A stretch of DNA of 32,000 nt, taken from Acaryochloris marina S15. GTDB lineage: Bacteria > Cyanobacteriota > Cyanobacteriia > Thermosynechococcales > Thermosynechococcaceae. The notes under the pieces are model-generated. The model had not been told where the DNA came from. It saw nothing but the letters and a program-made list of their open reading frames with translations, and searched no databases. The DNA lies in NCBI RefSeq assembly GCF_018336915.1, contig NZ_CP064924.1, positions 30,001 through 62,000 on the forward strand. Direction: 5' to 3'. Numbering within the stretch: position 1 is the stretch's first letter; the number at the start of each line of letters is the position of its first letter. A program made the translations under genes and the position numbers. Positions 17,588 through 27,300 of this stretch are shown here, one piece after another.

Positions 17588-18214
17588 ATGGCCTATTCCC
17601 TCTCAGCCACGAAGCTCATCACCTACCAACAGTGCCCCCAGGCTTACAGCTTCAAGTACGAGCGGGGACTCTCTTCACCCTCCGCTTTCGGATCACCTGC
17701 CTTTGGAAATGCCCTTCATGGCGCACTTGCAGACATATACAAAGATTGGAACTACGCTTATCCGTTGCCTTCTCTTGATTGGTTTGCCGTTTGCTGGCAG
17801 CAACATACCGGAGAGCTGACCCCAGCCCAGATCCATGAGGGCTGGATGGCATTGCAGCTCTACTATGAGCGATACGTTGCCCCACTCCCCCAGATTCATA
17901 AACCCCTTGGGGTTGAGGCAAAGCTGAAGGCCAGTTTCCAGGTGAATAATATCGAGTTTTCCCTTTCGGGTAGATACGATCGGTTGGATTTTACCGATGA
18001 TGGCCTGGAGCTGATCGACTATAAGACCAGCAAGACAATTGCTCCATCCGATGGAATCGATTTGCAGCTGGGACTCTACTACCTGATCCTTGAGCAGACT
18101 TATCAAAAAGCCCTTCAGAAACTGAGTCTCATTTATCTAAGGCAAGGCCAGAAAATCACTTTTGACGTAACCCCAGAACAGATAGATCAGAAAATGGTGT
18201 CTGCTAGAAAGTAG
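17588..18214 (+). pseudogene. Cas4/RecB-like PD-(D/E)XK nuclease, 3' end replaced by IS sequence
   Basis: Contains the N-terminal Cys motif YQQCPQAY, GRYDRLD and the IDYKTSK (D-x-K) core. From nt 18178 the reading frame runs inside the IS terminal repeat (last 12 codons). The C-terminal Cys cluster expected in this family is absent. The ORF track starts at GTG 17561; the ATG is at 17588. Confidence 0.65.
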
Positions 18215-19118
18215 GCGCAAGCATGATATCCAGACTTCCCATGGTGCATAGGTTAAGAGCCTCCATCCAAGGCATACCTTTGAGCTGAACTCCGAAATGT
18301 TCCGCTAAAGATTGCCCCGCCTTTTTCGCATCAGGGAGAAACTGTCGTAGATTATTCACAATCGCCCAGGCATTCACCATGGGATTAATGGCATCCTCTG
18401 CTCGATATTGCCCAAATTTTATGAGCTTCTTGTCCAAGAATCGCATGGAGCGATCTAAAGGTGCAGAATAGGCGGAAGCGTCTTTATGTTTTAGGTGATT
18501 CGTAAACAGAAAGCGTTTGTGCTTGAGAATATCCAATCGCTTGAGCAACGTCGGTTCATGGCCATAGCGTTCACGATTGCGTCGCACCCTTTGGGAATAA
18601 GACGCTAGTGAAGAAGCATTTAGAACTGAATCGAAATCATCTTTGAGTTGTTGGAGTTGGTCAGGTAGCCAATCAGGGTGGGTCTTTGAGAAATCATCAA
18701 ACGTGGCACTCACCCGTTTTTGGCCATGGAGTTTGCACTCTATCAAGTCGAGGCCAACCTCAGATATCCAAGCATTTTGAGAAGCGACCCAGCCGTCGGT
18801 GGTCACCGATGCGGGGACATACAGTTGTGCTTGATCTAAGTGACCTGTGGCTTGTGCGGCGGCGTCCATTTCCGTCAGAAACCGATGGATGGTGACTTGA
18901 AAAGCATCCTCATCCGTGGACTTCATCAATTCGGTATACCAAATCAATTCAGCTTGAGCCACCAAAAACAAGTAGATTTGCTCCCTCTCTAAACTGGCAA
19001 ACTTCTCGTCACTGAGTAAATGGGCGGGGGGGTGAGTCCCAGACGCAGTAAAAGTAAATACACAGGCATCAAGTTCCCCAACCACTGCACCAGACTCCAA
19101 ACCCAACCGGGTTGCCAA
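18204..19118 (-). CDS. Transposase C-terminal frame (orfB), -1 frame relative to orfA
   Basis: 304 aa. (19546-19118)=428=3x143-1, so it is in the -1 frame. The frames can be joined at a C7 run (G7 on the + strand, 19026-19032), giving ...GLTPP|AHLLSDEKF... Confidence 0.7.
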   Translation of the reverse strand: MATRLGLESGAVVGELDACVFTFTASGTHPPAHLLSDEKFASLEREQIYLFLVAQAELIWYTELMKSTDEDAFQVTIHRFLTEMDAAAQATGHLDQAQLYVPASVTTDGWVASQNAWISEVGLDLIECKLHGQKRVSATFDDFSKTHPDWLPDQLQQLKDDFDSVLNASSLASYSQRVRRNRERYGHEPTLLKRLDILKHKRFLFTNHLKHKDASAYSAPLDRSMRFLDKKLIKFGQYRAEDAINPMVNAWAIVNNLRQFLPDAKKAGQSLAEHFGVQLKGMPWMEALNLCTMGSLDIMLAPTF

Positions 19119-19546
19119 CCTCGCTCTGCTCCCTGCCAGCTATAAATCGTAGCCGTCTCTCTGTTGCTCAGTCCCATGCCTAAATTCAACTCCAGCAGTT
19201 TCCCCAAGCAGTCGGCATCTTGACGACGATAGCGCAGGATAAAGCTGGGCAAAACCGTGAAAACGGCTCGACAGCTTTGGCAGCGCACTCGACAGATAGG
19301 GATTGTCTCGACTGGTCCTAACCACCCTTGAACTTGGCGCTCTCGTAAAGCATGGAGCGTATAACGACTGGTATCACGGCAGCAGGGCTTATGACGTTCT
19401 GGAGAGAGTTGGGCTGTCAGGGGCGCTTGCAGATACTCGATTAAGGGGCGGCGATTGTCTGCTTGCACCAGGTCTAAATAGTCTTGTTTGGTTGCACCAA
19501 AATGAACAATTGCCGTACGATTTTGATGGGCTTGTTTTTCAGTCAT
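18989..19546 (-). CDS. Transposase N-terminal frame (orfA) with Cys-pair DNA-binding-like motif
   Basis: 185 aa, lying inside the IS. Contains CRVRCQSC. Overlaps orfB by 130 nt. Confidence 0.7.
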   Translation of the reverse strand: MTEKQAHQNRTAIVHFGATKQDYLDLVQADNRRPLIEYLQAPLTAQLSPERHKPCCRDTSRYTLHALRERQVQGWLGPVETIPICRVRCQSCRAVFTVLPSFILRYRRQDADCLGKLLELNLGMGLSNRETATIYSWQGAERGWQPGWVWSLVQWLGNLMPVYLLLLRLGLTPPPIYSVTRSLPV

Positions 19547-20336
19547 GACTAATTCGCTACGCTCAGAGTCACTGAAGTATAAGCTTTTCAGACCTTTGCT
19601 GTCTCAGACACCATTTTCTGATCTATCTGTCACAACAGGTTCTGCCAAAGCACCATCAAAAGAAATACCAAAAGCCTCTCAGGCTAGTACCAATGGTCAA
19701 TCCACAGACCAGGATCAGGCCAAGGGAAACCCCAAAGCAACCACCCAACAACAGCAGGCGACAAAGACTTCTCAGGCAAAATCTAAATCGCGAGATAATC
19801 GCAGCTGTAAATCACGCTTGCTCCCCGGCAATGGCACCCACCGGGCTTGGTGCAGGCTACCGGGAATCATCCGAGTTCAGGAAGCGGAAGTAGAGGGAGA
19901 ACGGCCAGTCTATTTCATAGAAGTGGATGGTCATCAGCTCCCTTTGAGGGTAAAGAATCGGTTCAGAAAAAAGATAGGAGCGTCATTGGATATTCCTTTG
20001 ATGGTGAAATGCTACCCTCAAATCATTGATGGTCAAATTGTTTTCTTGCAGTTTTGTGGCACTGCTGAACCGACCCCTGAGAACGCTGAAGACTGGGTGA
20101 TGATCGGGGTGTGGAATTCAGGCAATCAGAGGATCTTGGTGCAGCGTGATCAGAGATGCGATCAGAGCCGTCGCATCCTTCAACATTCTCTGCTAGTGAA
20201 AGAGGCATGTCTAGAGAAGTTGGAAGGCGGGAAGCTGTATCAGTATGAATGTCAGAGGGAGGGAATCACGGTTACGATCGTGGGTGCGGAGGCTATTGTG
20301 AGTGAAGAGAAGAATTCTAACCTGGCAACCCCATAG
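19545..20336 (+). CDS. Hypothetical protein; ORF starts inside the IS end, so the true start is uncertain
   Basis: 263-aa ORF. The first ~29 codons lie within the IS (up to 19630). A Q/T/K-rich low-complexity stretch follows, then a globular-looking ~150-aa C-terminal part. Confidence 0.45.
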   Translation: MTNSLRSESLKYKLFRPLLSQTPFSDLSVTTGSAKAPSKEIPKASQASTNGQSTDQDQAKGNPKATTQQQQATKTSQAKSKSRDNRSCKSRLLPGNGTHRAWCRLPGIIRVQEAEVEGERPVYFIEVDGHQLPLRVKNRFRKKIGASLDIPLMVKCYPQIIDGQIVFLQFCGTAEPTPENAEDWVMIGVWNSGNQRILVQRDQRCDQSRRILQHSLLVKEACLEKLEGGKLYQYECQREGITVTIVGAEAIVSEEKNSNLATP

Positions 20337-20386
20337 CTCAATTGTTTTAGAGCTATGAGTTTCAATCCATTTAATACAAAGAATTT

Positions 20387-20662
20387 CTACCAGCGGTTAC
20401 CACCACCACCACCTCTATTCTCACGGGGCTTTGCTTTATTCACTTTCAGGGTACGTCCCATCCATTCAGCACCGTCAAGTTCTTCAATAGCTTTGGCTTC
20501 CTCAGCATCATCACCCATTTCGACAAAGGCAAATCCACGCTTGCGCCCTGTTTCTCTGTCAGTGGGAAGCTTGGCACTTTTTACGGTTCCATATTCGGCA
20601 AAAGTGGTATTTAGGTCTTGCTCTGTAACGTCATAAGAGAGGTTACCAACGTAAATCGACAT
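20387..20662 (-). CDS. RRM-type RNA-binding protein with glycine-rich tail (cyanobacterial Rbp class)
   Basis: RNP2 is IYVGNL, RNP1 is RGFAFVEM, and the C-terminus is RENRGGGGGNRW. The start is taken at MSIYVGNL, an internal Met of ORF 20387..20686. Confidence 0.9.
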   Translation of the reverse strand: MSIYVGNLSYDVTEQDLNTTFAEYGTVKSAKLPTDRETGRKRGFAFVEMGDDAEEAKAIEELDGAEWMGRTLKVNKAKPRENRGGGGGNRW

Positions 20663-20976
20663 GAGGTGATATCCAAGATTAATCATGATTATGCTACCCG
20701 ATCCCTATTTCTTCTTTTGAGAGTAAAAGCAATCTTCATAGAGATCTCAGAATTGGAGGGTAGCGACACTCAGTTGGCCTACATATGCTTAAAACCACAG
20801 CTATGCCTGGTGTACTAGTCGTTGGAAAAGGCAAGCAGATTTTAATGTGTTTTGGTCTACATAAGATATGGGTCGAATATCTTATATTCAGATTCAGCCA
20901 AGTGAACCGATCGCGCTGACGATCGTAGGGAAAGGGTAAGAGAATATAAAGAGAGAAAGGGTTACGGAAAAATGCA

Positions 20977-21081
20977 GAAGCGTAATAGATTCCTAGTCTG
21001 TATGGAATAATTCTCCATTTATTGTCAAATTTCTGAAATTTATTGGCTATATCACCTTAGACTAGGGATCTATTACGCTTC
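20977..21081. repeat. Long inverted repeat: 23-bp arms (1 mismatch), 59-nt AT-rich spacer
   Basis: gaagcgtaatagattcctagtct (20977-20999) pairs with agactagggatctattacgcttc (21059-21081). It lies just 3' of the minus-strand gene ending at 21116. On the minus strand it is followed by tgcattttt. Confidence 0.7.
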
Positions 21082-21115
21082 CGATCCATCTTGTGATCTC
21101 GGGGTCGAACTCCAA

Positions 21116-21685
21116 CTATGCCCATGCTGGAGGTAATGTACCATCAATAACCCTTTTTTCTTCAACCAGCTCAATCTCTTGCATGACTCTATCAGGAACC
21201 ATAATCCATCCGCGACCCACGTCAATAATCATGGACGAGGGTAAATAGAATTGCTTGATGGTGAGCTGTCTCAGACTTCTTACTATAAGGATGTAATCTT
21301 TGACCACTCCAGAGTACGGGAAAATGCGGCAGTTCGAAATCATGCCAATATAGTTGCCCGATTGTGTCCAGACCTCGTGGGAAATTTGAGTATCTACTGC
21401 TGTCATCCTTTTTAGCTCTAGGTTTAGAGTGACAGATTGATGGTTAGAGGGGATAGCCTTCATTAGAATTTGTTGAGCCTCTATTGCCGCAATTTGTTCC
21501 CAAGGGAAAGTACAAGCGGTATTGTCCCATAACCCCGATTGGCAAGTGAATCCCAAGACTTTATGATCACGATAATCAAGCCAAACTTGGGTGACTCGAC
21601 CTAGCTTCTCAGAGTCCGATTGGTCTGTGACTCGCCTATGGAATAAATTGCTGTGATGAATCAGAGTTGCGGGTGACATAGTCAT
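21116..21685 (-). CDS. PRC-barrel-like domain protein (two repeats)
   Basis: 189 aa. Segments KLGRVTQVWLDYRDHKVLGFTCQSG and GNYIGMISNCRIFPYSGVVKDYILIV resemble PRC-barrel strands. Assigned by eye only. Confidence 0.5.
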   Translation of the reverse strand: MTMSPATLIHHSNLFHRRVTDQSDSEKLGRVTQVWLDYRDHKVLGFTCQSGLWDNTACTFPWEQIAAIEAQQILMKAIPSNHQSVTLNLELKRMTAVDTQISHEVWTQSGNYIGMISNCRIFPYSGVVKDYILIVRSLRQLTIKQFYLPSSMIIDVGRGWIMVPDRVMQEIELVEEKRVIDGTLPPAWA

Positions 21686-21781
21686 AGGAGTTCTCCTTTG
21701 AAAAAAGAGAGAGACTAAATACTTTCAGCGGATATCTAGAATCTTAAGCAGTCCCTATGTCATTCTGTTGTCAGGATGATA

Positions 21782-22885
21782 TCAGTTCGATGTACTGACT
21801 CCTGCTTCGATTTCCGCGACTCCTGTCGCAGTAATGGGTAAAAGAGTATCCAACATCACTTTGATTGAGCCTGCGAGCGGAACTGCGATCAAGATCCCTA
21901 AAATGCCCCCAATTTGGGCTCCTAAAATTAGAGCAATCAGTACCCATAAAGGATTAAGCCCTACTAATTTACCTAGAATACGAGGTGCGATCACATTATC
22001 AATCACTTGATCAATGAGGGCGCTGATTACGAGTACTTCACCCCCGAGCCAAATACTTTTTAGGGCCACCAGCAGACTCACTACTGCAATTCCCAAAAAG
22101 TCTCCAAAAGGAATTAAAACGGTGGCACCAATACCAATACCAAAAACCAGCCAATAGGGGATCTTGAGCAGAAAAAAAGTAGTCGTAAGCGTTATCCCCA
22201 TTAGGGTTGCAATGGCAACCTGTCCCAGAAAATAATTTCTAAACTGCAACCGTAGGGCTTCACGCACTGTCTGTCCAAAGGTCACTGGTAATCGAGCAAA
22301 CATGCCATCCCAAAACGCTTGACCATGCAGTAATAGATAGAGCGTAAACACCGCTGTTAACAGTATTTCAATAAGACTATCAGCAATCTCGCGCACTAAA
22401 CTCAGCACTTGATTGGGCAGTAATTTCACCTCGTCTGGCAATAGATGGTTCAACTGGTCAGCCACACCGCTCAAATCAATGGGTAAATTCTGAGCAGCTA
22501 ACCCAGTATTCAAGGTTTGCAGTTGCCGACTGCCTGACTCAATCCAGCTGGGTAATCGTCGGCTAAGCCCCGTTAGTTGTTCAACGAAATTGGGTGCTAG
22601 GGTAATGCTAAAGAGGATGCCCCCCAATCCTGCCAAGAAGATAATAGCTAATACCCCATAGCTACGCTGAATTCCCCACTTCTGCAACAGTTGGACAGGA
22701 TAGTCCAGGATAAATGCTAAAAGATTAGCAATGAGAAAAATCGTTATTAATGGCTGACAAAATTGGAGAACTAGAGCAACTAACCACAGATTCAGAATCA
22801 CCACTGGCATCACGAGGAGCAATTTTAACCATCTGGGAAGCTGTTGAAGCAATTCTTGCATGAGTGTATACCTTGGCAATAGCAC
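21782..22885 (-). CDS. AI-2E family (PerM/UPF0118) transporter
   Basis: 367 aa and polytopic. The characteristic C-terminal block is LGKLVGLNPLWVLIALILGAQIGGILGILIAVPLAG. Confidence 0.8.
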   Translation of the reverse strand: MLLPRYTLMQELLQQLPRWLKLLLVMPVVILNLWLVALVLQFCQPLITIFLIANLLAFILDYPVQLLQKWGIQRSYGVLAIIFLAGLGGILFSITLAPNFVEQLTGLSRRLPSWIESGSRQLQTLNTGLAAQNLPIDLSGVADQLNHLLPDEVKLLPNQVLSLVREIADSLIEILLTAVFTLYLLLHGQAFWDGMFARLPVTFGQTVREALRLQFRNYFLGQVAIATLMGITLTTTFFLLKIPYWLVFGIGIGATVLIPFGDFLGIAVVSLLVALKSIWLGGEVLVISALIDQVIDNVIAPRILGKLVGLNPLWVLIALILGAQIGGILGILIAVPLAGSIKVMLDTLLPITATGVAEIEAGVSTSN

Positions 22886-22993
22886 GAGCCTAGAATAACT
22901 TTGGCTGTATCAATTCTGAAACTTAATTACCAATCCCACACTTTGCTAGAGCACTACCGCCTGAAACTTGTACTAAAAGGATCTCCTAGCAAT

Positions 22994-24061
22994 GGCGTTG
23001 TTGCATAAGTCGGATTCCCTGATGTGTAATGAGAGGGTCTCCAAAACTCGTTAAGTTCAGGGCCAGAAGTATGAAGCAGCAATACCGTGTCCGCAACTGG
23101 AGTGAGTACAACCTGGCCTTGAGACAAAGGGGTAGCCTGACCTTTTGGGTGAGCGAAGCATCCACAGAGCACTGGCTTAACACTAAACCTTCAGAGCAAT
23201 TAGGGGCACCCAGAACCTACTCAGACGTTGCCATTATGAGCGTGGTCACGATAAAAAATCTGTTTCAGCTAGCGGGTCGTCAAGCGACTGGATTGCTCGC
23301 ATCATTGTTTGAGTTGATGCGGTTGGAACTGCCCGTGCCAGACCACAGCACGGTTTCTCGGCGCATGGGGAAACTCGAGGTCACATTGCCGATTCTGAAC
23401 AGGGAGCAAGCCCGTCATGTTGTGATTGATTCAACCGGGGTCAAAGTTTATGGAGAGGGCGAGTGGAAAGTCCGTCAACACGGGATTAGCAAACGTCGTA
23501 CTTGGCGAAAACTCCATTTGGCTGTGGATGAAACCACTGGAGAAATCTTGGCCGCAGTTGTGAGCACCAATGACTGGGGGGATTCAGAGATCCTGCCGGA
23601 CTTACTCGAGCAGATTGGCGGAGAGATTGAACAGGTTTCATCTGATGGGGCGTATGACACAAGCGGATGCTATGACACCATCACAGGGCGAGGAGCCCAG
23701 CCTGTAATCCCCCCGCGAAAAAATGCGGTGATTTGGCAGCATGGCAACTGTAAAGCACCACCACACCCGAGGGATGAAGCCTTACGCGCTATCCGTAAAC
23801 AGGGGCGCAAAAAGTGGAAACAGGAGTCTCATTATCACCGTCGGTCGTTATCCGAAACGACGATGTTTCGACATAAAACCGCTTTTGGAGGTAAAGTGCA
23901 ATCCCGTAAATTTGAAAATCAAGCGACAGAATTATTGTGTCAATGCGCGATGCTGAACCGAATGATTCAACTCGGTAAGCCTGTCAGTGTTCCAGTCGCT
24001 GCTTAATTCAACCTCAACAAGGGGGGATTGCTGTCCACACTTCCACTTATGCAACAACGCC
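22994..24061 (+). mobile_element. IS5-family element, IS903 group, 1068 bp
   Basis: The 17-bp terminal inverted repeat GGCGTTGTTGCATAAGT (22994-23010, reverse complement at 24045-24061) resembles the IS903 end GGCTTTGTTGAATAAATC as I remember it. It encloses a single transposase gene. No 9-bp direct repeat is visible at the flanks. Confidence 0.85.
23071..24006 (+). CDS. IS5/IS903-group DDE transposase
   Basis: The N-terminus is MKQQYRVRNWSEYNLALRQRGSLTFWV, followed by VIDSTGVKVYGEGEWKVRQHG, then SSDGAYD. An alternative ATG lies at 23029. Confidence 0.85.
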   Translation: MKQQYRVRNWSEYNLALRQRGSLTFWVSEASTEHWLNTKPSEQLGAPRTYSDVAIMSVVTIKNLFQLAGRQATGLLASLFELMRLELPVPDHSTVSRRMGKLEVTLPILNREQARHVVIDSTGVKVYGEGEWKVRQHGISKRRTWRKLHLAVDETTGEILAAVVSTNDWGDSEILPDLLEQIGGEIEQVSSDGAYDTSGCYDTITGRGAQPVIPPRKNAVIWQHGNCKAPPHPRDEALRAIRKQGRKKWKQESHYHRRSLSETTMFRHKTAFGGKVQSRKFENQATELLCQCAMLNRMIQLGKPVSVPVAA

Positions 24062-24160
24062 TAATTGAACCTCAATTGCTATAGGGTTCAATCGGGATGG
24101 AAAACGTAACTGAACTCGTTGTTTTATCCATATCTTTATTCAATTAAGAAAGCTTAAAAC

Positions 24161-24248
24161 CGCCATCAGCAAAGAGGATGAAGGCTTTCATATCTCCATC
24201 TTCTTATTGGACTAGTCCGATTGATTTTTTTGCTTAACTCATCCCATC
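24161..24248. repeat. Dispersed ~88-bp intergenic element, copy 1 (palindromic core GGACTAGTCC at 24209-24218)
   Basis: Aligns without gaps to 29981-30068, with 69 of 90 positions identical by hand count. Fully identical blocks include aaagaggatgaag, ttggactagtccgat and cttaactcatc. Confidence 0.7.
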
Positions 24249-24347
24249 TGCAGTACTAATTTTGAGAGCGATCGAAATCGGGGAGATTATGCTGCCACAG
24301 GCATTTCACCAATCAATTTTGTCTCTCAACTTTCACAACGGTACTCA

Positions 24348-27300
24348 CTAAACAGATTCTGTTACTTGAGATAACTCTAGCGTTCCTAGTGAATGGTAAT
24401 TATCAGTTTCTCGGAGACGTTGACTGAGGAATCGACAAATTTCCAAGATAATGTGGGGGCGCTGAGTCATCAGGCTAAGAAATCGGTTTTTTTCTAACTT
24501 GAGTAATGTGCAATCTTCTAAAGCAACAGATCCATCCCAATGTGGAGCGTCATCAAACAGGGCCACTTCTCCAAAATATTCTCCGACGGAGAGCTGCTTT
24601 AATTCACGAGACTGAGCATCAATGTCTTTGATGATTTGAACCTTACCTTCAGCAATGATATAGAAGTGTGTACACCAACTCCCTTCTGCAAAAATCGTTT
24701 CTCCAGTAAGTTTCTGTTCTTGTTCTAAGGTTTGATCAATCAAGACCAGTTCATCAAGAGATAGGTTCTTGAAGAGTGCGATCTTTTTGAGGAGCAATAG
24801 ACGTTTCATAAATTGACTATTAAGTAGAGGATCTGGATCAGCAGAGAAGAAAATCTCCTCCACAACGGTCTTCACTAATGGGTCAGGATCGTTAACTAAG
24901 GCCGAGGATACACCTGCTAATGCAATTAAAGCCCCAATCCGAATCCATCGGTCTTGGGTCTCCAGGGCTTCTAAGAGTAACTTATACCCTTCATCTCGCA
25001 TCCATTGTGGTTCAGCGCAGCTCCACCCACTGGCCGGTTCTTTTTTAACGACCTGCTCAAGCTCTGGGAGCAGAGGGAGAATAAAGCGACGATTTTTTAG
25101 AGAAGCTAACGCTTCCACTGCACTGGCTAAATCTTTTTGTTCATTGGTGTTCAGAATACGATTGATAGCATTGACCGTGCGGTCATGGCCGAGGCAGGCC
25201 AGAATATAGAGCACTTTTTGTAAAAGTCGGTTGTGAAAGTCTTCAACTGCTAAAGCTAAAGGCTGCCAGCTGGGATCAGTGCTGGGGATTTGCTGTTGCC
25301 ATCTACGGGTATGAGCTAGCTGTTGAAACTCAGGGGCTAGATACTCATACAAAATTTCTCCGGCCTGACGATTTCGGACTTGACCAATGGCTGAAATCGC
25401 AGTGTTCACAACTTCTGTATCATTGGACGATAAACTTTCTTTAGCAATCTGTAATCCTGGCTTCCCATAGACAGGCAAAATTTGGGCTGCTTGCTGTCGC
25501 ACCCTCGGATCTGGATCCTGAAATCCCACGGCAATATTGTTGACATACTCTGGGATATGGACAACCCCTAGTAGTTTAAATGCTGCGGCTCGGACTAAGG
25601 GAGCAGGATGATCACTGGCTGTAATGGCGATATCAGCTAAATCTTGGTCACCCGCTTGGCCAAGGGTTGCCAGAACAGCTAAACTCTCTTGCTGGATGAC
25701 TGAATTGTCTTGCATTAGCAGCAGCTTTAGCACGGTCATCAAAGCTCGATTTTGACTACAGGCCACAACTCGAACTACCGCTTGCCCCGTTGCTTCAGAT
25801 AATTGTGAGCACCAAATTTGTTCACAAGTGGTTTGCAGCGTTTTGTCCATTTTGCCCACTTGGATAATAGCCAGTGCAGCAAGGGCCTGAATTGTAGGAT
25901 CACCATCTTTTAGATTAGTTCGCAGTTGCTCTATGTCAAAGGGATAACGATTGGCAATCAGAATTTCGAATGCCATTGTACGCAGCGACCCTGATGCTGT
26001 TTGTAAACAATCCTCAAAAATAGGCACAGTTTTAGGATCTGGATTGGTACTAAACAGCCGAACAATTGCCGTTTGCACATCTGTATCTTCCTGCCCCAAT
26101 AATGGCTTCACATCTAGATAAAACTGGCTGGGTTGCCCCAATTGGGTTGCAAATTCCAGCCCTTTGATTTGGGTGTAGCGATCGTTATCTTGCAGTAAGG
26201 TGCGAATCACTGCACTTGACTCTTGGGGGAGGGGTAACTGTAGATCTCCCAGTTTATCTAAGTTAATGGCATCCGAGCAGATCATTTCTTCAAGCCCCTG
26301 GGCATAGTATTTCCCCATGGGTAAGCGTAGGCCAAACAGCACGACCGTTAGACCAATCGCGATCCAGGCAATTTGAGTCAAGCTCAAGGAGTGATGGCAG
26401 ACCCAGAGCAACCCGCCCGCCGTTGTTTGTCCAACAGCATAGAATAACCCATCACTAAGGGTCCTAATTCGTCCTAAAAACTCTCGAGGGAAAGCATTAT
26501 AGTTAAGCTGATGGACAGGAATGTTGATACTTTTGTTGAGACCATCCCCATTCATATGCAGTGCAATCGCAGTCGGTAAACTGGTTTGCATCACAATGCC
26601 AAACAGACCAAATAGGGTAGTTAAGGGATAGACCACATTCATTCGAGCTACCCCTACCCAATGCAAGAGAGGCCGGGTGAAGCAATAGAGCACTAGCACC
26701 TGGATGATGCTAAAGCTAACTCGCAACGATCCCAAGAATCCTGTAAGTGCATCTTCCGTATAGTTCTGAGCATAAATGCTAAACCATACAAACTGAGCAG
26801 ATAAGTAGATAATCACCAATAAGAAACTGCTAGCGGCCAGAAACAGCATCAGCGGGTAACGTTTCACCAAGCCAGGAAAGGTTCTCAGGGCTTCAATCAT
26901 GCCCACATTATCTTTTCTGCCAACGCTTTCAATTGGTCGTTGGGTATTTTCAAAGTAGAACAACTGTGAGATTGCCACACCAAAAATCACGGGCAACCCT
27001 AGCAATAGCGTTCGGGTAGAGAGAAAATGGCTCAATAATGCCGTCAACCCGCCCCCCACTATAGTGCCAGCCGCTTGGGACATACCGATAAACGGGGCAT
27101 ATCGCTTGTAGTCTAGAGCCGTAAAATAATCTGTCAGCAGACTGGCATAGAGAATATTGTTATGGAAGTGCCACTGAAAAAAGACAAAAATCAGGACGAT
27201 GTAGTAGATTACAATCCCTGTCTGAGCCAGTAAAAACCACATACCCACAGCCATCATTGCAGCCAATAGCAGCATGTATCGAAATAATTGCGGCCGACTA

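Larger units (their letters stand above)
18178..19630 (-). mobile_element. Insertion sequence, 1453 bp, perfect 26-bp terminal inverted repeats, family not assigned
   Basis: acagatagatcagaaaatggtgtctg (18178-18203) is the exact reverse complement of 19605-19630. The repeats enclose the two transposase reading frames. I found no flanking direct repeat. Confidence 0.85.

Noticed and set aside
17588-20336. Precise removal of the 1453-bp IS would join the nuclease frame to the downstream 263-aa ORF frame (1453 mod 3 = 1, giving ...FDVTP-D-TTGSAKAPSKE...).
   Set aside because: Frame agreement has a one in three chance. The continuation is low-complexity and lacks the C-terminal Cys cluster expected in Cas4/RecB-like nucleases. 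No target duplication marks a simple insertion. A deletion or rearrangement seems more likely than a single split gene.
22954-23183. Minus-strand ORFs of 72 and 65 aa overlapping the left end of the IS903-like element.
   Set aside because: They span the IS boundary and run antisense to the transposase start. Their sequences have no features.
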